A DNA stretch of 64,000 nt from positions 15,624,001-15,688,000 of the forward strand of contig JBHGNT010000004.1 of NCBI GenBank assembly GCA_043228905.1, given 5' to 3'. The notes beneath the pieces are model-generated. The model was given only the letters and a program-made list of their open reading frames with translations. It was not told the origin of the DNA and did no database searches. Made by a program: the position numbers and the translations under genes. Shown in pieces: positions 53,546 to 64,000 of this stretch. Source of the stretch: Azolla caroliniana. Lineage: Eukaryota > Plantae > Polypodiophyta. Numbering within the stretch: the stretch's first letter is position 1; each line of letters begins with the position of its first letter.

Positions 53546-54491
53546 AAATCCAATAATAAAGCGCGTGTCATAGCATTGAAAGTTAGCTCCAGTTTTACAT
53601 GATGGTAGTAAATGGTATAAGCAAGTTGTAATGAGCATATATTCTAAAGTTGTGCTTTATGTCAAACCAGTCAAGGAGTTTACATAGTCCTCTCCAAACC
53701 AATGCTAGTTTTACCAGATGGTAATAATGATATAAGCAAGTTGTAATGGTAAAGTATTCTAGAATCTAAAGCTATGCTTTTATTACAAACCAACTAAAGA
53801 GGTTGCATATATTCATTGTGAAATCTTAATGGATGTACAATGGGTTTAGAAAGTCAAATAGACGCACAAAGGGTTTGAAAGTTAAAATGATGTATAATGA
53901 GTTGTAAAAGTCAAATGCACGTACAATGGGTTAAAGAGGGGTTGACATCTATTGGATGTACATAAAATATTGAAGCAACTAGTAAACCGAGATGAATCCT
54001 TAGAACAATTTACTTGGAAAATAATCTATCGCCAACCTTATCATTTCATTGATACAAATTCTTGTTATTTTGGACTTCACATTTCTCAAAAACACCATTC
54101 AATGTCTTCCTTATGTGTCTTTTACCCTTTCTCTTATCTTTTACCCTTTCTCTTATCTATAATTTACCCCCATAATATGGTCCATGGTCATCTTTCACAC
54201 AATGTCTAGACGCTAAAAGCAAACTTTAGGTTTTCTCAAAATGTAGGAGTTTCAAACTCATGTAGTGCATGAGTTTGATTTGAAAAACAACTTCAGTATG
54301 TTATAACTTGCAATTGCGAACTTAGATTTTACTTGATGTTTGCATGGAAAATGGTAAGGAGATCATGTGTCTAGAAGCCCGATTGATGTCTTTCTTGTCA
54401 ACCAAAGTACACTACAAATTTGTATTTTTGACTAAATCTATTGGCTATCCTTGAATATATACACATTTATCTTGAAACTCATAAACATATT

Positions 54492-54827
54492 TGTTCACGT
54501 ATCAATCTCAACTAGGTTTAACTATTTAGTCAACCATGTAACTTAGTAGTTACATAATTAGAATCTAGTTAGAAGTTTGACCTTAAAGCCTTAAAAAGGA
54601 TTTTGTACTTGAGTGGGTTAGATCCTCCACTACCAAGTTCATTGAATATAGGACTTACATCCTTGTACCTATATTCTCCTCACACATGTGCACCCTTGCA
54701 CATGAGTTGTATATATACCTCATCGTGGGTATTTTTGTAACTTGATGCTTATTAATATAGAGAAAGGTCTTTAGCTACACTCTTGTTAATCATCCCCCAT
54801 TTATATTATTGTTCACAAGTGTATCTT

Positions 54828-54864
<37 letters not shown>

Positions 54865-57800
54865 TCACATAATCTTCCGGTGCGTTATCAATACTCACAT
54901 AATTAGACCCTAGTTAACCCTAGTTAATTATCTAATTATTAACATGGTATCAGAGGGTGTGGTTTAGTACATCCACTAAGCCCACCCAACTCTGTGATTG
55001 TGTTCGAGACGCCAACGACAAATCCGCTATCTGCTATCGTAGTGCCGCCACATAGCACGTGTACGTGACCAAAGGAAGAAAAGCCAAGAAGGAAGACACT
55101 ACATCAACATGAACACACAAATGGTTAGCTCTTTCCCAAGTGAAAAGCTAGAGCAGAGCAATTATTCATCTTGGGAGTACAAGATGAATCAATAACTAGT
55201 TGGCCAAGGGTATTGGAGCTACATCACTTGTGCACTCGAAAACAAACCCGACACCACAAATGCCAACTACCCAACGTGGGAGCCAGGAGTGAGTCAGGTA
55301 ATGTATTGCTTGACAACATGTGTCCACGACCACATGCGTAGCCACATTCGAGACGCCAAGACGCCTAAAGAAGCATGGGCGAACTTAAAGAAAATATTCG
55401 CCACCAACACGACCGCCTCCAAGCTTCAACTCTAGCAAGAGTTGAACAACATACAACAAAAAGATATGCTCGTGTCGGACTACCCCGCCAAGATCAAGAG
55501 CATTTGCGACTCGCTTGGCTCCATCAACGTAAATGTCGACGAAGATGAGATGGTTCAAGTATGCTTGGGCGGCCTCGCACATCAGTTAAACCCAATAAGG
55601 ATGGCTATCTTAGCAAGAAAAAAACCCTCCTTCGTTCTTCGACCTCCAATTAGTTTTATTGGTCGAAGAGAACCAGGTCCGAACCATGACCAAGATGTTG
55701 GAAGGACAAATGTTCTTCTCAAATTCGGATGGTGGCTGAGGACGAGGTCACGGCGGTAGAAGAGGTTGATTCGACCCATCTCACGAAGGGAACTCAAACC
55801 TTCGACAACAAGACAAAAGCCATCGAGGAACCTTCGAAAGAATGGGGAGCTTCCATGCTGAACAAGGTCGGCAAATGAGGCCTATCACTTGCAACTATTG
55901 TGGCAAAATTAGCCACCAGAAAGAGGAGTGTCGAAAGAAGAGAAGTGAGTCGACTTTCACAAGCCGACAACTCACAAATTACGCCTCCAGCTCCGAATAC
56001 GAAGACTATGGTGAGCTATTCGTAATGAGACATAGACCAAACTCTATGATGGCCTCCGACTCCACAAGCACCTCCAACTCGGAAGATGTGTGGTTCGTCA
56101 AATCTGGCGCATCACATCATATGATGTCACACTAAGAGTGGTTTCGTGACTTAAGAACGCCGGATTGACCCCGCTACATAGCGACGGGAGCCAACACCGC
56201 ACATCCCATTCGACACATCGGTAATGTTCCATTCGGCAACGATGGCAAAAACAATTGCATAAAAATGTCTAGCATGTTCCTACAATAACAAAGAATTTGG
56301 TCTCGGTCGACCAAATCGTGGAGCAAGGCATGCAAGTCCATTTTAACAACGAAGGATGCTTTATAGAAAAAGATGGTTGACTCATAGCTAGAGGATGGAG
56401 AGACGGCTGAATATGCATTCTCAATTCGAACGAGGTGAAATCAACCATGTATGCCAAAATTCTCAAAACTGAGATGAACCTTGATTTGTGGCACAAAAGA
56501 ATTGGCCACATAAACCTCCAACGGCTTCAAGCGATGCAATCAAAGGGAGTCCTCATCGGAATTTCGGCCTTTGAGTCGAAACAAGTTGACCGAATGTGCG
56601 AAGCATGTGAACTCGGCAAACAACATTGACTCCCATTCCCAAAGGAGAGCTATGTAAGCAATCGGAGGATGCCAGTACTACATCACCTTCATCGATGACT
56701 ACTCTCGCTACACGTGGATCTTCCCGATGAAGAAGAAGAGTGAAGTGCTCTCCCACTTTCAAAAGCTCAAGACCCAAGTTGACAAAGAAACCGACCGACA
56801 CATTCGATGCCTACGATCTGATGGAGGAAAGGTGTACTTCTCCAACGAATTCATCTCCTACCTCCAAGGTGGAGGCATTCGGAGAGAATTCGCATGCCGA
56901 CACACACCCCAACAAAATGGAGTAGCCGAAAGAAAGAATTGGCACATACTCGAGGTTACACGCGCCATGATGCATGAGAAACCATGTTGAACTTCTATTG
57001 GGCTGAAAAGGCATCCAGAACCGTCTATCTCATGAACCGGTGCACCACTAATGGAGTGCATGAGCTAACTCAATATGAGCTCCTTGTTGGAAGGAAGCCG
57101 ATCCTGTCACACCTCAAAGTGTTCGGAAGCATTGCGAATGTATGCATCCTGAACGAAAAGTGACAAAAGCTTGACACAAAGTTGGAGAAATGTATCCTCG
57201 TAGGATACTTGCCCAAGAAAAAGGAATACAAGTGCTTTAACCCTTCGACCCGAGCGGTTCGGATAAGTCAACTCAAATGAAGATATTCGGCCACGTCCTT
57301 TACCAAAGGACAGTCCAAGCTCTACCGAGCTTAGTGGACTACATGAGCCTTCACGCAACCAACGCATGTCGCGGCCAAGTCCGAAATTGGACAAAGGCAA
57401 AGGTAAGATGGCCAAATACGAAGTTGACCACCCCGACGATATTGATTGGGATGTGTCGACTCTCTCACTAGACAGTGAGTTTGGGGTACACATTATGCAT
57501 ACACCTGGAGTAAAAAAGGCGCTCGCTAGCAAACGAAAAACTTCGACGTTCATCTTGAGAGAAGAATCCGGTCACTCGGTTCGGCCACAACGAGTATATG
57601 GCCCATCATTATGCCTTCGCAATGAGGGTCACGATCGAACAAGAGTCGGAAAGCTTTACAGAAGCTACTTGTGACCCCCGATGGTTACCACTCGGCCTTC
57701 GACCATTTAGCGCTACAAGCCTTCGTCACAGGTTTGAGGGGGAGGAACCGAAACTGCCATGAAAATGCCGATGCCGAAAGTTGAGAGCCGAACGAAAGTC

Positions 57801-58309
57801 GACGAAGCCGAAAGCCCAACAAGGATGTTGGACGCTTCACACTTGAGCTTGAGGGGGCATGTTGAGATATCAAGCTCAACTAGGTTTAACTATTTAGTCG
57901 ACCATGTAACTTAGTAGTTACATAATTAGAAATCTAGTTAGAAGTGTTGACCTTAAAGCCTTAAAAATGATTTTGCACTTGAGTGGGATACATTCTAGAT
58001 CCTCCACTACCAAGTTCATTGAATATAGGACTTACATCCTTGTACCTATATTCTCCTCACACATGTGCACCCTTGCACATGAGTTGTATATATACCTCAT
58101 TGTGAGTATTTTTGTAACTTGATGCTTATTAATATAGAGAAAGGTCTTTAGCTACACTCTTGTTAATCATCCCCCATTTATATTATTGTTCATAAGTGTA
58201 TCTTCCTCTCTCTCACACACACACACAAATCACATAATCTTCTGCTGTTTTATCAATACTCACATAATTAGATCCTAATTAACCCTAGTTAATTACCTAA
58301 TTATTAACA
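54492..58309 (+). mobile_element. Copia element of the same family as 39347-44873, RT and RNase H deleted
   Basis: LTRs 54492-54944 and 57860-58309, near-TSD ATATT/ATATC, Met PBS at 54945, PPT TGAGGGGGCA. Gag, protease and integrase are homologous; after ..EATCDPRW the sequence jumps to the 3' UTR. Confidence 0.9.
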
Positions 58310-58966
58310 ATATCCTATCTTCATTGAAGTCTTGTATGGTGCTATTTATAATCTACAAATCACAAGAATAGGTGAAGAAAGTTACGGATGCTAGAATGAA
58401 GACTGGCTTTGATTTAGTAGCATAATGTATTATGTGTTTTTTGAGCCATCTTATGTGTTGTACAAGTTATTTGCGTTAAACATAGTTATATGTAAAGTTG
58501 ATTATTTCATTTCAATGTAATAATGTTATTGTCGAGTTAACTATGAAAATATGACACTTTTGAGTCGCAAAAATATTGAATATTAATTTTCTTATTGTTT
58601 ATCAAGAAAATGCTAATAGTATCTATGTCTATTTTCCTTTAGATATATTATCATTGATGAATAAATGTATAAAAGTGTGTAATTAGTATGCATTCCTCTA
58701 GTATTAATTAGATGTGCAACTAACAATTTGCTAACCTTGGCAATTGAAGGATCATGAGATACCAAAAAAATATGTTAAGATTGCAAATGCCACATAACAA
58801 GGAGGACTAAAAAAACTTGTTCTTGGGCTTTTGTCTCCTTGATCAAACACATTATCATATATAAAGTCCATTAGAAGTACTTGTAGGTAAATTGGCAATG
58901 CTTGTTTTGTATTAGATCCACTTCATTAAACATAATCAATGTTGCATTGACTAGATTAAACTAAAG

Positions 58967-59686
58967 TTACACATCGGCTATAGAAATTCTACACAAGGGA
59001 CAAGAAAATTGGCCATGATAAAGCCAAGAATCAATACAATATACATGGAATACATGGGAGCATTGAGGAAGTTGTCGAACTTTTTGATGGACTTCAAGTA
59101 GAGAGAGACAGATAGCGCATGTCAATTGATCATCGTAGACAAAATTGTTGTCGATAATGTGTTGATCATCGTAACAACCATTGTCAAAGGTGATGCATAC
59201 AACTTGATCATTATAATGGGCATTGTCAAAAATAGTGGATATGGGATGACCATCAATGATAGTGGATATGGATTGATAATCTAAATCAATATTGTTGAAG
59301 TTAGTAATATTATCATGAACATAATTTGGGGATATTCTTTGAACAATATTGGAAGGAAAGAGAGTAGTTTCCTCAAGCAACAAAATTGGCAACGAAGATA
59401 TGATGGCTTTTGTAGAGGAGGTTGTAGTGTCAATACACATATTATGGTGTTGGAATGAATTATGTCGTGGAGTGATAGTGGTGTTGGTTAAGTGAAGGAG
59501 GGCATCATCATCGTAGTCATCAAGGTCATGGTCATGGTCATGACATGAAGTGCCATGTGTGAGGCTCTCGAATACTAGCATAAGTAGGGTTCTACAAATG
59601 AGACTTAGCAAGTAACAAAGAGTGATAGACTTACATTTCAAAATCCGAGGAAGAATTCCACAACAAGTTATAGATGGGAATCCCAT
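58967..59686 (-). CDS. Intronless RING-H2 E3 ubiquitin ligase (RHA/XERICO-like)
   Basis: Likely start MGFPSITCCGILP at 59686, then an N-terminal hydrophobic segment. C-terminal CAIC..LPQCSHVFHVYCIDSWL..SCPLC. Confidence 0.88.
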   Translation of the reverse strand: MGFPSITCCGILPRILKCKSITLCYLLSLICRTLLMLVFESLTHGTSCHDHDHDLDDYDDDALLHLTNTTITPRHNSFQHHNMCIDTTTSSTKAIISSLPILLLEETTLFPSNIVQRISPNYVHDNITNFNNIDLDYQSISTIIDGHPISTIFDNAHYNDQVVCITFDNGCYDDQHIIDNNFVYDDQLTCAICLSLLEVHQKVRQLPQCSHVFHVYCIDSWLYHGQFSCPLCRISIADV

Positions 59687-62600
59687 CCCCCTCAAACTCC
59701 AATGAACAATTGGTGATTGGTGGATTCTCATTGTGTCCAATTTTCCTTATATATGTATGTGCGTGTGTCCATGTGAATCCCTCTCTAGAGAATCTTGTAC
59801 CAAACAACAAAACTAAGAAATAAAAAAAATTGTGAATCTTTCTCCCTCTCTTGAGAATCTTCATAGTGTGGAATCTCTCTCTCTCTCTCTCTCTCCAAAG
59901 AATCTTGGCACATACAACAAAATTAACAAAAAAAATGGGGTGGCGTTACATCATACACGTAATTGTAATCTAACCTAATGCATGAACTTCAGTACAAAAT
60001 TAAGAGAAGGATAAAGCATTTAATTAAAATCCAACACGTGTTATGTAGCCATTGTAGATTTCGATTTATGAACATGTGATTGCAGCCAAAAGCAACCATT
60101 TGCATCCCCATGCTACCAATAGAACATTGCATTATAGTGGTAATAAAAGAACAAAATGGAACATTAAAAGATAAAGCAAATAAAATAATGATATCGAAGG
60201 TGAAGAGAAAAAAACAAATGAAATAGTGTTATTGAATACATTAGACATGGAAATTTAAAGGCCTCACATATCCAGAACATGTAAAGTACCCATACATGGA
60301 GTAGTAGAGTGTAAAGTTTGTTCAACATGCTTCTTTTGCTTTCCCACTCCACTATCATGTCTTTTAAACTAGCCAACTTGCCCTATCATCCATTGTAGTT
60401 GGTGCCCACACTGAGAATTGTCACGTGCTTCTTGCTTGCTTTCCTTCATTGTTCTTTTTCCTCGTCTATAACTTTGCTTTCCAGATATGGTGTTGCTTTG
60501 TTTAAACTCATACCTTATCTCTTTCATGACTCATTGACAAATGACGTTGATTATACATTATAATACATGCAACTATCAATGATGATCGCGTTTATCTTAG
60601 TACATTATGTCATATTAGACCTTCCAACCCATCAGTTAGGTATGCTATGTATATAAAATACTGAATGAAACGATTTTCTCAAAACAAGAAACTTATTTAA
60701 TTGCATTAACCAAAAGAACAAAGGCTGTACAATTTTGTAAACAACAAAAAATGATTCATGGACCTGGTACATGGATTATGCAAACTGGTTAGCATTGGTA
60801 TACCATTATACAAATACCAAAATATATATACATAAATTATTCAATATGAGTGCTACAGTGATATATAGCACAAGGAAGAATATTTTTCTAAGGAAATAAA
60901 TATCATATACACATTTATTACCAATACATTTATAAATACAAAAATGTAAGTTGTAAACATATTGCAAAGTAAATATACATTGTAGTACAAACTTTAGTAC
61001 ACATGTACATACAATTTTATATAAGATTGTCGTTGTAGGTTGTAGGTTTGCAAAACTATTGTGTGATCATGGAAAATGTAGCTAGCAAATTTGTTGGACA
61101 TGATAGCCAATTACTGACCAAAACACACCATTTTGTTACTCTAAGCATGATAATGGAAGATGCTCTAATATTCATTTTAGATAAAGAAGAAGATTTTGAT
61201 ATAGTTCCATAACATTGTTACTTTGACAAATTGGCGACCGGATAGAGGGTAGGTAAGGCCTCTCTTACATAGATGGCTTATCTAGTGCATTGGTCTAGTT
61301 TTATTACACTCACATCGTTTAGTAATTATTTTGTAATCCCCTTGAAAATCATCACTCATGTGCAACTATACCACCACATATATATTCAATTCAATCAACT
61401 AACATGTTGTGCACCTCATGATGTCTTTTCCTACAACCGTGTTTGCTTAACTTGATATTTCGAGTCCCTAAGGCTTTTTCCTTGGGAACCCCTCGGGATC
61501 TACTAAAAGAAAAGTATTTGATTTAATAATACACATCAAAGTGGAAAATCAATACACCTTACACCCATTTTGTATTTTCCACTCAGATCTTGATCTAGAT
61601 GATGAATGCTTTTGTGAAGACGCTTATCTTCTTAAGGTTTATAGGGGGCAAAGTGTTGTTCCACCCCGGGTGGGTAGACCATTGTGGTGTGCAGGCTGCT
61701 AGGGTTGGTCAAGCATGAGCTTGAACTCCTTGAAATTGTTCCAAAAATGATGGAAAAGTCATCACATTTTGTAGTCCTCCCACCAATAACTTCAATGAGG
61801 CTTCGGTCTCGGGTAGTCATTCCTTCTTTTATTGTGATCAAACTCATGGTAATCCCATCGATCAACTTGAATTGTGCATCAGCCATCACAAGGTTGGGGT
61901 TGTTGCTCTCTGGAATCATCGTCGTTGTAATGAGGGGGAGGTAGTCCTTAGTAACAATCCCATAGGATGGATGTTGATGTTTATTTTCAGCATTAAGTTG
62001 TATTCATGCTACTCAATAGTCTAGTTGATGATTGTGATGAAGATTGAGGTGAAGGAATTGATGACATTGAGAGTCATATGTAGTGGATCTTGAAGGGCTA
62101 AGAGGATGGATGTGCTCTTGAGGTTGTCATTGTGGGGATCACGAGATAACTTCGGAGCTATTACTAGAAGTGAGAAAATGGGTCGAAAATTTCCCCAAGT
62201 TCTTTCGTAGACCTTATAGAAGAAATAATTGGTTTCCTATTAGAAGATATTTTAGCATCATGTGGAGGGTTCAACGTGAAAAGATAACAATAACATCTCA
62301 TTCATAATATTGTATAATATCAAGAAAAAGTGGTCATTAGAATAAAATGCTAAGAGATACCAATACAAACAATAAGGCGATTCATAAGGGGTAATCATAC
62401 AAATGAAAAAGTAAAATGGTTCCAATGCTATTAAGGGGGAAAAAAACACACGTTCACTCATGTTAAAGAAGGCACTCTCATAAAATGAACCAAACTTCTA
62501 TTTTTAGAGAAAAGGGGAAGAAAAAAAAAATGCCCAACTTGGTATAGCGGAGCTTTTTATTTTTCTTCTTCCTTATTTTAAAGGGTGGCTTTTCTTTAAA

Positions 62601-64000
62601 AAGGAGGGTTTCCTTATTGTGAAAAGGAAGAGAATTATTATTTATGGTGTTGGTGGGAGTTGGAGCTTCTTCTTCTTCTTCTTCTTGTTTTACGAGCTTT
62701 TGGAGATTATTGACGTTTCTGGGGAAATTTTGTAGGGTTGCTTATTATTTTTGCTTAGCAATTGTGAAGGATTTGGTTTCTTTTTTTTCTTCCTCGTTGT
62801 TGAGTAATAGGGCTTCTGTTTCACTACTACAATACAGGTGTTTAGCGACATGGAGATACATCCCTCCCATATTTTCATTGTACGACGCAATTAGCGATGC
62901 ATTTTAGGTGTCATTGTATGGTGCGATGTCATGAAATTACGTATGTGAGTGTGAAAAGTAAGATGGACCACAAATGAGTTGAACTAGAGAGGATGGGAGT
63001 AGTTTACACCATTGATGATTTCTTGTAAATGCACATGCTTGTGCTACTCGAGCGGGACCATGGAGTCTTGGACTAGGGAGGACACAAGGGCTAGGAGGGT
63101 GTGGACATTAGGTGACTCAAAAGCTCTTGGGAGTTGAAGGCTCGTAGGAGTTGAACGAAGTGACGAGTCAAACGACGATTAACGCACGAGGTTAAGATCA
63201 AAATATGCCATTAGCACAAGGAACATGAGATTATGAAGGATTTTTACACAATAATGAGATCAAAAGGGCCTCTTTCTAAGTCGAAACACAATAGATTAAG
63301 AAAGAACCTTTTATAGAGTAGGGTTTACAAATGTACATAGGGAATAGGTAGAATGGTGCTAATGAGAAGAGATACCATAAGCGATTAGAAGATAACCATT
63401 AAGTTTAGACAGAAATGAAAGTTGGGAGTTAGCCCAATTTTCGGTGAAGGCGTGAGTTAAGTGGGACACTGAGACCACGACTACCTCTGACGGCTATGAT
63501 GCCTTGAGTTAGAGTAGTGTCCTTGGGCCACTTCGTCCTCCCATCAATGACCAACATGTGAGTTTGCCTAAACCCTTCTTTGAAGCCACCAATATGTAAT
63601 GATGCTTGGTCGAGAATCAGTCTCAATGTATGCTTGAGAACAAGAAGAAGAAGAACTAGAACCCTAAATACTCATGAAGAAGAAACCTTAACTCCTCAAG
63701 TATGTTGAGGAGAAGACGAAGAAAAAATACGAAGCAAAAACCCTAATGTTACACTCTCGAGGTACAAAATGAGTGACCTAAAATAAACCCTCTTCTCTTC
63801 CTTTTATAGGAAAAAGAGGAACCTAAATTTGGCATTCAGTGCAAATATTCCTCTTTTTCTTTGGGCTAAACTAACAAAGAATCGAATTTTGCAACACATC
63901 ACGACAATGTGAAAGCTTTCATTGACATTTAATGTTCACATTTACTTACCTTCAAGGAGTTGAATCTTCCTTTCACAAAATTCTTGTGAAAGTGTAAGGG

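Noticed and set aside
61480-63800. Possible gypsy gag/protease and LTR remnants
   Set aside because: Too degenerate: no diagnostic motif, termini or TSD could be fixed.

Overview
A TE-dense land-plant window, probably from a non-seed plant (inferred from the element types). Host genes are the 5' part of trimethylguanosine synthase (TGS1, runs off the window start), a 7-exon Cu/Zn superoxide dismutase, a 4-exon two-TM Cys-rich protein of unknown function and an intronless RING-H2 gene. Most of 7.6-47 kb and 52-58 kb is nested Ty3/gypsy, Ty1/copia and LINE sequence. The standout is a decayed two-gene DNA-transposon-like unit (~20.2-33.4 kb, interrupted by a gypsy element). A DUF7869/Sola-like DDD transposase is transcribed divergently from a 6-exon gene fusing a ParB/Srx-like domain to a prokaryote-type beta-class N6A/N4C DNA methyltransferase. 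Intron 1 of that gene holds 13 copies of a 29-bp palindrome at a 51-bp period, a candidate parS-like site array. Domain calls come from motif recognition by eye; no database search was run.
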